In this document: positions 8,724 through 19,210 of the stretch, piece by piece
Layout: every line of letters starts with the position of its first letter
Numbering within the stretch: position 1 is the stretch's first letter
From: Candidatus Micrarchaeota archaeon
GTDB taxonomy: Archaea; Micrarchaeota; Micrarchaeia; Micrarchaeales; CABMGC01
NCBI GenBank assembly: GCA_027366155.1
Contig: DAHXKV010000055.1
Coordinates: 1 to 50,209, forward strand
Direction: 5' to 3'
Length of the DNA: 50,209 nt
Notes under the pieces: model-generated
What the model was told of the DNA's origin: nothing
Database searches by the model: none
What the model saw: the letters and a program-made list of their open reading frames with translations, nothing else
Made by a program: the position numbers and the translations under genes

Positions 8724-10096
8724 ACCAGATAAATTATCTTTTCAAACCAAAGAGTGTAGCAATAATTGGGGCATCAAGAATTCCTGGGAAGGTAGGCAAC
8801 ATAATACTGATGAACTACCTCAACGAGGGCTATCCTGGAAAGATATTCCTGGTAAACAAGAACGCGGATAGCATAATGGGCATGAGGTCCTACCGCCGCG
8901 TAACTGAGATAAAAGAGAGAATTGACTCTGCAGTAATAGCAGTGCCCGCAGAAGTCGTACCTGCGGTAATGGAAGACTGCGGAAAGGCAGGCGTAAGAAG
9001 CGTAGTCGTCGTAAGTGGCGGGTTTTCTGAAATAGGAAAAACCGACCTCCAGGACCAGATTGCAGGAATAGCAAAAAAATACGGCATGGCACTCATAGGA
9101 CCAAACTGCCTGGGCATAATGGACTCAAGGTCAAGGATAAACACCCTCTTCCTACCATCATACAAGCTTGCCAAGCCGCGCGTTGGAGGGGTAAGCTTTA
9201 TCGCGCAGAGCGGTGCAGTAGGGAGCGTGATACTTGACATGATAGCAGGAGAGGGCTTTGGCCTTTCCAAATTCGTATCATATGGAAATGCCGCGGGCTT
9301 GGACGAGACCGACCTGATAGATTACCTCATGGAAGACGAGGAGACGAAAGTTATTGTTATTTATGTAGAGGGAATAAAAAACGGGAGAAAATTCATCTCG
9401 ATGGCTAACAAGTTCAAGGGCAAAAAGCCGGTCGTAATCCTTAAGGCAGGCAGGACTGAGGCAGGCTCGAAAGCCGCCCACTCCCATACTGCCTCGCTCG
9501 CCGGAAACTACCAGACAAACGAGGCGGTCTTCAGGCAGTTCGGATTTACGATAGCTAACGATCTTTCCGACCTACTGTATTTTGCAAAAATCTTCGAATC
9601 GGAGGGCGAGCCAAAAGGAAACAGGATAGGCATAATAACCAATGGCGGCGGCGTCGGAGTGCTCACTACGGACGCCATCTCCTCCTCCAAAGGCATAACG
9701 CTCGGAGAGCTCTCCAAAAAGACAGCCGAAGATCTGCGCAAGGTGATGCCTGTCCTTGTAAACATAAGAAACCCGCTTGATCTGGCTGGCGACGCTGACG
9801 ATAAGAGGTACCATGACGCAATCTCGATGATGATGGAAGATCCTCAAATAGACATGTTGGTCGTAATAATACTGTTCCAGACTCCCGGCGGAGATTCAAG
9901 GCTTGCAAGTGAGCTTGTAAACATGAAAATCTCATCAGACAAACCTATGGTCGCCCTAAGCATAGGCTCTGCATACACCGAAATGCACAAGATGATGATG
10001 GAGGAATCAGGCCTGCCTGTCTACGATTCCCCAAGGTCGGTTGCACTCTCCCTTGAAGCCTTGCTTTCCTTCTACCAGTTCCGTAAGGGATGTTAA
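8720..10096 (+). CDS. acdA: ADP-forming acetate/acyl-CoA ligase alpha subunit
   Basis: Motifs PKSVAIIGAS, GGFSE, IGPNCLG, QSGA, phospho-His SHTASLAG, TNGGG and NPLDL. Confidence 0.92.
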   Translation: MNQINYLFKPKSVAIIGASRIPGKVGNIILMNYLNEGYPGKIFLVNKNADSIMGMRSYRRVTEIKERIDSAVIAVPAEVVPAVMEDCGKAGVRSVVVVSGGFSEIGKTDLQDQIAGIAKKYGMALIGPNCLGIMDSRSRINTLFLPSYKLAKPRVGGVSFIAQSGAVGSVILDMIAGEGFGLSKFVSYGNAAGLDETDLIDYLMEDEETKVIVIYVEGIKNGRKFISMANKFKGKKPVVILKAGRTEAGSKAAHSHTASLAGNYQTNEAVFRQFGFTIANDLSDLLYFAKIFESEGEPKGNRIGIITNGGGVGVLTTDAISSSKGITLGELSKKTAEDLRKVMPVLVNIRNPLDLAGDADDKRYHDAISMMMEDPQIDMLVVIILFQTPGGDSRLASELVNMKISSDKPMVALSIGSAYTEMHKMMMEESGLPVYDSPRSVALSLEALLSFYQFRKGC

Positions 10097-10563
10097 TCAA
10101 CATCCTCAACTGCTTCAAATGCGTCGAATGCAGCTGCCTTCACGTTATCGAATGTGTTCAGTTTCTGGATCTCCCCCTTTCCAATCCACCTGAATTTCTT
10201 TGTTTCGCCACTTCCGATCCCTGAAATATCTCCCTTGGAGGGAAAGGCGATATAAACCATGTCAAAATGCTCATGGTCCTCTGTGGGGTAATGCACGTTT
10301 TCGTATATTATCTTGAAAGGCCTCTGCAGCTCCACGGCTTCCTTTCCTCTTATTGTCTTCCGTGACCCAAACCCTGGTTCGTATAGCTCAACCTCTATGC
10401 CGGTCTCCTCCAGCGTCTCCCTTCTGGCAGCCACATCCGGAGACTCATTCTGCTCTACATGCCCTCCTGGATACATCCATACCTTCAATTTCTCGTGCCA
10501 GATGAAGAGCAATTCATGCCTGTGGAATACCAGCGTTGATGCGCATATGCATATCTTCTTCAT
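10093..10563 (-). CDS. NUDIX hydrolase
   Basis: Nudix box PGGHVEQNESPDVAARRETLEETG and HEHFD. SD GGAGGG lies upstream of ATG 10563. Confidence 0.92.
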   Translation of the reverse strand: MKKICICASTLVFHRHELLFIWHEKLKVWMYPGGHVEQNESPDVAARRETLEETGIEVELYEPGFGSRKTIRGKEAVELQRPFKIIYENVHYPTEDHEHFDMVYIAFPSKGDISGIGSGETKKFRWIGKGEIQKLNTFDNVKAAAFDAFEAVEDVD

Positions 10564-10605
10564 CTGAACTCCCTCCATAGTCTATCAGGCGCCTTTCCTT
10601 TAAGT

Positions 10606-11727
10606 TCACGCCTTCATCATGAAGTCATCAATATGTCCTTCTACCCTTTCCCTCTCTGCCCTGTGCTTCTCCAGAAACTTGTTTATCCTCGCAGAGAGCG
10701 CCTTCTTATGCTCTCCGGCAAGCATGCTGCCTCCCCTCTCCGCCGCAAATATCTTTTCCAATGCGGCATCATCTGGTTCAAACAGATACTTGTAATACTG
10801 GCATACTGAGCATTTGTCAGGGTCACCTCCGTACTTTCTCTGCAGTTCTGCTGTGGACTGTTGGCCTGTCAGGGCCCTGTTTACCTTACGCTCCACCTCT
10901 TCTTTCCTGTCGCTCAGGTATATTGCGCCATTCTCATCGCTTGAAGACATTTTAGGCTCGCCACGTAAGCCTGGGAGAAACCTGCTGTGCATTATTGCAG
11001 GCTTATAATAGCCAAGCTTCTCCACGACATCCCTTGCAACCCTAAAATGCACGTCCTGGTCGACTCCCAGAGGAATGAGGCATGGTATATTCCTGCCCTC
11101 CTCCACAGACTTAATGAATGTTCCGACGGCCTGGGTGCTCGTATAAAACAGGGCACCTATGTTGGTTTCATTAGTAAAGCCAAAGGCATCCTTTATTGTC
11201 GAGAATGTGATTCTCTTCGCCACCCTCACCGCCTGCTTGTATATCGTGCCCGCATTCTCAGTATTGAGGTATATCTTTGTTTTCTTGGGGTTGAATCCAA
11301 GCGCAGCTATGTCTAGCGCGTCCTCATGCGCAAGCTTGTTTATGCCTTCGAGGGTGATCTTCGGGTCATTCTTTATAAGGAATTTCTCCTCGTCAGGTAT
11401 CTGTATGTAGACATCCGCATCAAACTTCTCCTGAAGCCACTGCGCCATCATGAACGGGAGCAGGTGCGCAACGGTCATTCTGCCAGAGGGCGCAATCCCC
11501 GTATAAACATAAAAGCCGTTGCCCTTCTCATACTGATCCAAAAGCCATCCCAGTTCACGCTGCGCGAAATATATCCCTCTGCGTATCATGAAGTGGTTCT
11601 CTCCAGCGATAGCTTCCATCCTTTCCTGAAGCCGCCTGTCAAGAGGCATTATTCCGAATTTGCCTTCAAGCTTCTCGTAGTCCACAGTTCCTTTAACTTC
11701 GTAGGCAGTTACATTGAAATTTTCCAT
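10606..11727 (-). CDS. trpS: Tryptophanyl-tRNA synthetase (archaeal/eukaryotic type)
   Basis: Motifs RRGIYFAQR, YTGIAPSG, CLIPLGVDQDVHFR, KMSSS and QRKYGG. Confidence 0.93.
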   Translation of the reverse strand: MENFNVTAYEVKGTVDYEKLEGKFGIMPLDRRLQERMEAIAGENHFMIRRGIYFAQRELGWLLDQYEKGNGFYVYTGIAPSGRMTVAHLLPFMMAQWLQEKFDADVYIQIPDEEKFLIKNDPKITLEGINKLAHEDALDIAALGFNPKKTKIYLNTENAGTIYKQAVRVAKRITFSTIKDAFGFTNETNIGALFYTSTQAVGTFIKSVEEGRNIPCLIPLGVDQDVHFRVARDVVEKLGYYKPAIMHSRFLPGLRGEPKMSSSDENGAIYLSDRKEEVERKVNRALTGQQSTAELQRKYGGDPDKCSVCQYYKYLFEPDDAALEKIFAAERGGSMLAGEHKKALSARINKFLEKHRAERERVEGHIDDFMMKA

Positions 11728-11966
11728 AGAACCTTATTGAATTAGTAAGCCTAATCTATAAAGTCCATCTCTACCAATTCCAGTAACAATCCACAAGCAA
11801 GAACCCACAAGCAATCGGAGCAAACCAATCAAACCAAAAAACAGCTCTCCTCGCAGGTGTTACGTCTGGTGCTGTTTTTATTTCTAAATCTATTTAAACC
11901 TTTGCAATCTAATATACCTACGCAATGCCTGCTCGGTTAGCGCTAATTTTTTCCTATGGTGTATTT

Positions 11967-12197
11967 TTGGCAGAAAAAAGGGAAAATGATTTTGTACCTG
12001 TGCACATTCTCCTAAATGAAAAAGAAACCGAAGACGTTTTATCAAAGATGAACCTTAGGCGGGACAACCTCCCAAAGCTTCTCTCCGAGGATCCCCAAGT
12101 GAAGAAAATCGGGGCGAAGGCTGGACAGGTCCTGAAGATATACAGAAAAGACGGAGAGCATGAGTACGAATACTATCGTACGGTAGTAGACGCTTAG
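11967..12197 (+). CDS. rpoH: RNA polymerase subunit H (Rpo5)
   Basis: Motifs VPVH, LPKL..EDP, GQVLKIYR and YYRTV. A TTG start at 11967 after GGTG is preferred over ATG 11925. Confidence 0.92.
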   Translation: MAEKRENDFVPVHILLNEKETEDVLSKMNLRRDNLPKLLSEDPQVKKIGAKAGQVLKIYRKDGEHEYEYYRTVVDA

Positions 12198-12205
12198 GTG
12201 CACCG

Positions 12206-13696
12206 ATGGCTTCGAATAGAAATGTATTGCTTGAATCATACCTGAGCGCAGCAGCCCTGGTACAGCACCAGATAGAAAGCTACAACAGGTTCCTCGAAAC
12301 CGGAATCCCCAAGGCGATGGGAGGTCAGACGATAATAGAGCCAAGCGTGGAAGGCTTTGCGCTGAAACTGGGCTCTGTAAGGATAGGCAGCCCTTCAGTC
12401 ATAGAGGCAGACAGCTCCAGGCGCAACATACTTCCAAATGAGGCAAGGCTGAGGAATCTCACCTATTCCGCCCCAATATTCATGGAAGTGGTTCCGGTAA
12501 TAAGGGGCATAGAAAAAACGGCATCGTACGGTGAGGTATATGTAGGAGACCTGCCAATAATGGTAAAAAGCAATTTCTGTGCAACGAAAACAATGACGCG
12601 TACCCAACTTATAGAAAACGGGGAAGATCCGGACGACCCTGGTGGCTATTTCGTAATAAAAGGCATCGAGCGCGTGCTCATCGGCCTCGAGGATGTCGCT
12701 TCGAACAGGATAATAACTACAAAGGAGAAGAAAGGCACCGAGGTAAAAGCCAGGGTCTTTTCATCCACTCCTGGATTCAGGGCACGCTGCGTAGTCACGC
12801 GCACCCAAGGTGGAATGTTCTCCGTAGATTTTCCTACTGTAAGCAAGAGCCTTGAGCTTGTACTGCTCCTGAAGTCCCTCGGCATGGAAGAAGAGGACAT
12901 AAAGAAGTACGCAAACGAGGTTCTTTCATTCAAAAACGACATGCTCCTAAACATAGAGCTGAGCCAGACCACTAAGGATGGCGGCATGGGTCCCGCAGAC
13001 GCACTCCTGGAAGTAGGAAGGCTTGCTGCGCCTGGACAAGCGAAGGAATACCAGATCAGGCGCGCAGAGATGCAGCTGGACAATTATCTCCTTCCCCATG
13101 TCGGCACAGATCCCAAGTCCAGGACAGAAAAAGGCAATTATTTGCTGGAGATGGCACGCAAATCCACCATGGTGGCAAACAGGCTTGTAAAGCAAGACGA
13201 TAAGGACAATTACGCAAACAAGAGGGTAAGGTTTTCAGGGGAGCTCATGGAGGAGCTATTCGCATACGCGTTCCGTTTCTTCCTCAAGGAAATAAAATAC
13301 CAAATAGAGCGGATGAGCGCAAGGGGCAGAAGGCTTTCAATCCAATCAATAATAAGCCCTGACACACTCACCGAAAAGATATCATATGCTATGGGTACTG
13401 GGACATGGGTAGCTGGTCAGACCGGTGTATCGCAGGTACTCGACAGGACAAACCTTATAAGCACATATGCACACCTGCGCAGAATAAAGTCTCCGCTTGC
13501 AAAGAAGCACCCACATTTCAAGGCAAGGGACGTGCATGGAACACAGTGGGGCAAGGTCTGCCCATCAGAAAGCCCGGAAGGCCAAGAAGTAGGACTTACC
13601 AAATACATGGCGCTCATGTCTAAGGTAACTGTTGGCGCAGACGAAGCGCTCACCGAGAAGGAGCTAAGGGAGATAGGAAAAATAGAATCACTATAG
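12206..13696 (+). CDS. rpoB2: RNA polymerase subunit B'' (Rpo2N)
   Basis: Motifs HQIESYN, PNEARLRNLTYSAP, DPGGYF, DDKDNYANKR and CPSESPEG. Confidence 0.97.
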   Translation: MASNRNVLLESYLSAAALVQHQIESYNRFLETGIPKAMGGQTIIEPSVEGFALKLGSVRIGSPSVIEADSSRRNILPNEARLRNLTYSAPIFMEVVPVIRGIEKTASYGEVYVGDLPIMVKSNFCATKTMTRTQLIENGEDPDDPGGYFVIKGIERVLIGLEDVASNRIITTKEKKGTEVKARVFSSTPGFRARCVVTRTQGGMFSVDFPTVSKSLELVLLLKSLGMEEEDIKKYANEVLSFKNDMLLNIELSQTTKDGGMGPADALLEVGRLAAPGQAKEYQIRRAEMQLDNYLLPHVGTDPKSRTEKGNYLLEMARKSTMVANRLVKQDDKDNYANKRVRFSGELMEELFAYAFRFFLKEIKYQIERMSARGRRLSIQSIISPDTLTEKISYAMGTGTWVAGQTGVSQVLDRTNLISTYAHLRRIKSPLAKKHPHFKARDVHGTQWGKVCPSESPEGQEVGLTKYMALMSKVTVGADEALTEKELREIGKIESL

Positions 13697-13706
13697 TGGT
13701 TGTTCG

Positions 13707-15527
13707 ATGGCAGAAAAGAAGACATATTTGCATCTTAACGGAAAAGCGATAGGCTTTGTTGAAAATCCTGAAAAGTTTATCGCTGAGGTCAGGCAAGCAA
13801 GGCGACGTGGCCAAATCTCAGGAGAGATAAATGTCGCATATTTTCCAAAGAACGACGAAATACACATAAATACGGACCGCGGACGCCTCAGAAAGCCGTA
13901 CATAATCGTGGAGAATGGCAAGTCAAAGATGACCCCCGAGCTGATGGATAAGATACAGAAGAAGGAAATAAACTACTCATATCTGCAGCGCAGCGGAATA
14001 ATAGAATACCTGGATGCGGAGGAGGAGGAAAACGCACTTGTCGCACTCAGTGAAAAGGAGATAACGCAGGAAACAACACACATAGAGGCAAACTACACCT
14101 CCATCTTCGGGTTTACCATAAACACCTCACCGTTCCCTGAGCACAACGCACTTGCAAGGCACGCGATGAGCGCTAACTTCATAAAGCAGGCAGAAGGACT
14201 CTACTCAACGAACTTCAATCAGCGGTTCGATTCAAGAGGCTACCTGCTTTACTATCCTCAGGTTCCTGTCGTCTCAACTGCTGCCTACTCGTCCACAGGA
14301 TTGGAAACCCACCCAAGCGGCCAGAATTTTGTGGTAGCCATATCTACCTACTACGGCTACAACATGGCAGACGCGATAGTGATCAACAAAGCTGCAGTGG
14401 ACAGAGGCCTAGGAAGAAGCTCATTCTACAAGTCATACAGCGACGAGGAAAGAAGATATCCGGGAGGTCAGCGAGACAGGTTCAAGATACCCTCCCCAAC
14501 CGCTGACGGATACATGGGCGAGCATGCATACTCAAAACTGAGCGATGACGGCATCATAGAGCCGGAAGTCGACGTCAGGGAAGGCGACGTGCTCATTGGC
14601 AAGGTGGCGCCTCCAAGGTTCCTTGAGGAAAACATAGGGGCAAGCGGCCTAGAGGAAAAAATGAGAGACGACTCCACTGTAATAAAGACCGGGGAGTTCG
14701 GAAAAGTCGACAGCGTGATACTCACCGAGACCTCCGGGGCCACAAAGATAGTAAAAGTTAGGATAAGGAGCGAGAGGGTTCCTGAAAAAGGAGACAAGTT
14801 CGCCAGCAGGCACGGGCAGAAAGGAGTGCTCGCATTGATAGTTAACCAGGAAGACATGCCTTTCTCGGAAACTGGAATAATACCAGACCTGCTCCTGAAC
14901 CCACACTCCATACCTACAAGGCTTACCTTCGGTCACCTGATGGAAATGCTTGCCGGAAAGGCAGGCGCCTTAGACGGCATACATACTGACGGGACCGCCT
15001 TTGCCGACGATGGTAAATCGCGTCTAAGCCTGTACAGCGAGATGCTTAAGCAGAACGGCTACGACGAACACGGAGACGAGACGCTTTACGACGGGATAAC
15101 CGGCACCCCGTTCAAGGCAAAGGTCTTCACCGGCGTAGTTTACTACAACAGGCTATACCACATGGTCAGCAATAAGATACAGGTAAGGAGCAGAGGCAAA
15201 GTGCAGATACTCACGCACCAGCCTACTGAGGGAAAGGCAAGACAGGGAGCCCTTAGGTTCGGGGAGATGGAACGCGACGCACTGATAGGCCATGGCGCAA
15301 GCCTCCTCCTAAAGGAAAGGATGCTGGACCAATCTGACAAAACCACTGTGCTCATATGCAAGGCATGCGGCGAAATAGGCTATTACGATCATGTGAAGCG
15401 CGCAAACGTCTGCCCTCTTGACGGGAACAGCCAGCTGGTACCTGTAGACATAAGCTACGCGTTCAAGGTGCTTCTTGACGAGATAAAGTCGATGCACATA
15501 ATGCCGAGGATAAGGATGAAGGAGTGA
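13707..15527 (+). CDS. rpoB1: RNA polymerase subunit B' (Rpo2C)
   Basis: Motifs GDKFASRHGQKG, NPHSIP, LYHMV, QPTEGKAR and RFGEMERD. Confidence 0.97.
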   Translation: MAEKKTYLHLNGKAIGFVENPEKFIAEVRQARRRGQISGEINVAYFPKNDEIHINTDRGRLRKPYIIVENGKSKMTPELMDKIQKKEINYSYLQRSGIIEYLDAEEEENALVALSEKEITQETTHIEANYTSIFGFTINTSPFPEHNALARHAMSANFIKQAEGLYSTNFNQRFDSRGYLLYYPQVPVVSTAAYSSTGLETHPSGQNFVVAISTYYGYNMADAIVINKAAVDRGLGRSSFYKSYSDEERRYPGGQRDRFKIPSPTADGYMGEHAYSKLSDDGIIEPEVDVREGDVLIGKVAPPRFLEENIGASGLEEKMRDDSTVIKTGEFGKVDSVILTETSGATKIVKVRIRSERVPEKGDKFASRHGQKGVLALIVNQEDMPFSETGIIPDLLLNPHSIPTRLTFGHLMEMLAGKAGALDGIHTDGTAFADDGKSRLSLYSEMLKQNGYDEHGDETLYDGITGTPFKAKVFTGVVYYNRLYHMVSNKIQVRSRGKVQILTHQPTEGKARQGALRFGEMERDALIGHGASLLLKERMLDQSDKTTVLICKACGEIGYYDHVKRANVCPLDGNSQLVPVDISYAFKVLLDEIKSMHIMPRIRMKE

Positions 15528-15531
15528 TAAT

Positions 15532-18111
15532 ATGCAGGCTGAAGCAATAGACCATATAAAATTCGGGATAGTCTCTCCTGACGAAACAAAGAAGATAAGC
15601 GTAGTCAAGCTTACCATACCTGACACATACAACGAAGATGGCTATCCTATCGATGGAGGCCTCCTCGACCAGAGGCTGGGTGTCATAGACCCTGGGCTCA
15701 TATGCAAGACCTGCGGCTCACGTGCAAAGACCTGCCCTGGCCATTTCGGCCACATAGAACTAGTAAAGCCCGTAATCCACTCTGAATTTTCAAAGATAAT
15801 CTACATGGTCCTTCAGGCAACATGCATGAGCTGCCACAGAATCCTCCTCAACGAAGAACAGATAGCAGAGCTGAAGAAGAAAGAGCTAGAGTCTGCGGAT
15901 GCACAGGCTTCCGACGCTCTTCAGATCCAGCAAACGGAGCAGGAGAAACAGGACGGTGAGCAGGCCTCTCAGCAGAACAAGAAGGCAAACAAGATAAAAC
16001 GGACAAAGAGATGCCCATACTGCAATGAGGAGCAGCCAAAGCTCAAGTTCTCCCAGCCCACATACTTCAATGTTGGGGACAACCGGCTCAAGCCAGACGA
16101 AATAAAAGACATGCTTGGAAAGGTGAGCGACGAAGACCTGCGGCTCCTAAACATGGATCCTAAGAACAGCAGGCCCGAATGGCTCATACTAACCTCGCTC
16201 CTCGTTCCTCCTGTGAACGTAAGGCCCAGCATAACACTCGAGTCCGGAGAAAGGAGTGAGGACGACCTCACGCACAAGCTCGTAGACATAATGCGCATTA
16301 ATCAGAGGCTGGAGCAGAACATAAACGCCGGCGCGCCGCAGATCATAATAGACGACCTCTGGGAACTGCTCCAGTACCACGTCACTGCATATTTCAACAA
16401 TGAAACCTCAGGAATACCACCTGCAAGGCATCGGAGCGGCAGGGCGCTCAAGACCCTCGCACAGAGGCTTAAGGGCAAGGAAGGCAGGTTCAGATACAAC
16501 CTAAGCGGCAAACGCGTAAACTACTCCGCAAGAACGGTCATAAGCGTAGATCCCTATCTTGACATAAACGAGGTCGGAGTGCCGCAGGAGATAGCAGAGA
16601 AGCTCACAGTACCTTTCTACGTAACTGCATGGAACCTTGAGCACGCGAAAGAGCTCATACAGAGGACCTCCTATCCCATAATACTGAACGTGATAATGAC
16701 AGACGGCAAGAGGATAAGGCTAATTGACGCGAACAGGGAAGAGGTCATAAAGAGCATCGTGCCGGGCATTATAATGGAAAGGCAGATAATTAACGGCGAC
16801 ATGGCCCTGTTCAACAGGCAGCCTTCCCTGCACAGAATCTCGATTATGGCACACAGGGTGCGTGTCCTTCCGGGCAAGACTTTCAGGATAAACTACTGCA
16901 CAACCGCTCCATACAACGCCGACTTCGACGGAGACGAGATGAACTTGCACATGCCGCAGACGCTCGAGGCACAGGCCGAGGCGAGGCACCTGATGGAAGT
17001 GCAGTACCAGATATTCTCCCCACGCGACGGCTCAGCTATAATAACAAACAGCGAAGACGGGATAAGCGGCATGTTCGCGCTTACCTCTGAGAACAACAGG
17101 CTGTCAAAAGACCAGGCCTGCTACTTGATGGGCATATGTGGCATATACGAGCTCCCCAAGGCGGAGCGCGACGGCACATACGACGGAAAGGCAATATTCT
17201 CGATGATACTGCCCAAGGGCCTTGAATACGGACAAGAAACCGCCAACGGGCAATTTGTTATAAAGAACGGCAAGCTAATCCAGGGCGTAGTAACAAAGGA
17301 GACTTATGGAAGGGACAACGGCCTATTCATAAGGATTGCAATGGACTACGGATATGACGAGCTCAGGAAGTTCATATATATATCTTCAAAGCTATCTGAC
17401 GCTTACGTAACACTCGCCGGAGTGACTGTAGGCGTAAAGGAATACGCAATAGACAGCAGAACGGAGGAGGAGAAGGAACGCATCCTAAAGGAAACCTTTG
17501 CAAAGGTCGAAAGCCTGATAAGCGACTACAAAACCCGAAAGCTCGAGCCACTCATTGGATATACGCTGAAGGAATCCCTCGAAAGGATGATAATAGCGGA
17601 ACTCAACCTTGCAAGAAGCAAAGCTGGCGAGTACCTTGCCAAGCATTCAGATGCGTCAAACAGCGCAGTCCAAATGGCCCGCTCAGGATCAAGGGGAAGC
17701 ATACTTAACCTAGAACAAATGTCGATGTTCCTTGGCCAGCAGGCCACACTCTCCGGAGGCAGGATAAAGCGCGGCTATTACACCAACAGGCTGCTGCCGC
17801 ACATCAGGCCAGGAGACGTAGGTCCTTCAGCACGCGGTTTCATAATAACGAATTACTATGGGGGACTATCTCCGGTAGACCTGTTCAGCCACGCGGTAGG
17901 GTCTAGAGGTTCAGAGGTATACAAGGCCTTGCTAACGGGAAGGTCCGGATACCTATACAGGAGGCTCTCAAACGCCCTTCAGGACTACTACGTAAACAAA
18001 GACATGAGCGTTAGGGACATAAACAACAACATAATCCAGACAATATATGGTGGAGATGCGATCGACCCGGTAAAGACGCAGTTCGCACGCATGGCTGAAG
18101 AGGAGGAATGA
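15532..18111 (+). CDS. rpoA1: RNA polymerase subunit A' (Rpo1N)
   Basis: Motifs CKTC..CPGHFGH, GKEGRFR, NRQPSLH and catalytic [10 protein letters not shown]. Confidence 0.98.
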   Translation: MQAEAIDHIKFGIVSPDETKKISVVKLTIPDTYNEDGYPIDGGLLDQRLGVIDPGLICKTCGSRAKTCPGHFGHIELVKPVIHSEFSKIIYMVLQATCMSCHRILLNEEQIAELKKKELESADAQASDALQIQQTEQEKQDGEQASQQNKKANKIKRTKRCPYCNEEQPKLKFSQPTYFNVGDNRLKPDEIKDMLGKVSDEDLRLLNMDPKNSRPEWLILTSLLVPPVNVRPSITLESGERSEDDLTHKLVDIMRINQRLEQNINAGAPQIIIDDLWELLQYHVTAYFNNETSGIPPARHRSGRALKTLAQRLKGKEGRFRYNLSGKRVNYSARTVISVDPYLDINEVGVPQEIAEKLTVPFYVTAWNLEHAKELIQRTSYPIILNVIMTDGKRIRLIDANREEVIKSIVPGIIMERQIINGDMALFNRQPSLHRISIMAHRVRVLPGKTFRINYCTTAPYNADFDGDEMNLHMPQTLEAQAEARHLMEVQYQIFSPRDGSAIITNSEDGISGMFALTSENNRLSKDQACYLMGICGIYELPKAERDGTYDGKAIFSMILPKGLEYGQETANGQFVIKNGKLIQGVVTKETYGRDNGLFIRIAMDYGYDELRKFIYISSKLSDAYVTLAGVTVGVKEYAIDSRTEEEKERILKETFAKVESLISDYKTRKLEPLIGYTLKESLERMIIAELNLARSKAGEYLAKHSDASNSAVQMARSGSRGSILNLEQMSMFLGQQATLSGGRIKRGYYTNRLLPHIRPGDVGPSARGFIITNYYGGLSPVDLFSHAVGSRGSEVYKALLTGRSGYLYRRLSNALQDYYVNKDMSVRDINNNIIQTIYGGDAIDPVKTQFARMAEEEE

Positions 18112-18115
18112 TAAT

Positions 18116-19168
18116 ATGGCATCCAGCGAAAAAAAAGATAAAAACTCAAGATTTGCGGTAAACTATGGCGAACCCGTAGGCATGATTGCGGCACAGTCCA
18201 TAGGAGAGCCAGGCACGCAGATGATTCTCAGGACATTCCACTATGCAGGCATAGAGGCTACCATTGCAACCTCTGGCCTTCCGCGGATAGTAGAGCTTGT
18301 TGACGCACGCAAGAAGCCCGCAACCCCTATAACGCACATCTACCTTAATGCAGAAGCACGCAAGAACTTCGAGAAGGCCGAGCAGGTAGCAAAAAAAATA
18401 AACGAGGTAAACATGGGCACAATAACGAGAAGGGCAATAGAGAGCTTCTCCAAGGGTGCAATAAAATTAATCCTGGACGAACAATCCCTCTCTGCAAACG
18501 ACCTCACACCGGCTCAGGTAGTCCAAAGGCTGATAAAGACCATGGCGCTTGATGCGCATGCAGATGAGGATGGAAACATCATAGTAAAGCTGAAGACTAC
18601 TAACCTTGCCGAGATAAGGCAGACAAGCGTCAAGATAATGAAGAAGACCATCCAGGGAGTCGAGGGCGCCGGCAAGGCAGTGCTCCAGCGGAGTAAAGAC
18701 GGCGAATTCTACGTAGTTGCCGCCGGAAGCAACATAGAATCGATAATAGATGTGGAGGGAATAGACAAGTCAAGGCTTTACACTAACGATGTTTTCGCAA
18801 TGTACCGGCTCTTCGGGATAGAGGCTGCAAGGAACACGATAGTGAACGAGCTCAAGGCAACCCTCGACGAGCAGAAAATAGACGTCGACCCAAGGCACAT
18901 AATGCTTGTTGCCGACGCGATGACTTATTCGGGCTTTGTAAAAGGCGTCGGAAGGCATGGTCTCTCTGGCCAAAAGAACTCGGTCTTCGCCAAGGCGGCC
19001 TACGAGGAGACTATAAAGCACCTTGTAAACGCAGCCGCATTCGGAGATGTTGACCCGATGCGTGGCGTGACTGAAAACATCCTTGTGGGAAAGCAGATAC
19101 CGATAGGTACAGGCTCTGTAAGGCTTGCGATCAAGAAGGAAGACATGAAAAAGACAAAGCCTTCGTGA
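18116..19168 (+). CDS. rpoA2: RNA polymerase subunit A'' (Rpo1C), short N-terminus
   Basis: Motifs [38 protein letters not shown] and GTG. Confidence 0.97.
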   Translation: MASSEKKDKNSRFAVNYGEPVGMIAAQSIGEPGTQMILRTFHYAGIEATIATSGLPRIVELVDARKKPATPITHIYLNAEARKNFEKAEQVAKKINEVNMGTITRRAIESFSKGAIKLILDEQSLSANDLTPAQVVQRLIKTMALDAHADEDGNIIVKLKTTNLAEIRQTSVKIMKKTIQGVEGAGKAVLQRSKDGEFYVVAAGSNIESIIDVEGIDKSRLYTNDVFAMYRLFGIEAARNTIVNELKATLDEQKIDVDPRHIMLVADAMTYSGFVKGVGRHGLSGQKNSVFAKAAYEETIKHLVNAAAFGDVDPMRGVTENILVGKQIPIGTGSVRLAIKKEDMKKTKPS

Positions 19169-19210
19169 TTACACTAATCTTTATATTCCTTCAAATCACA
19201 TCTGCCTGTT

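Noticed and set aside
13694..13709. Possible TAG readthrough fusing rpoB'' and rpoB' (stop-codon reassignment)
   Set aside because: The two ORFs are in different frames, split Rpo2 is normal in many archaea, and TAG ends several conserved genes at the expected positions.
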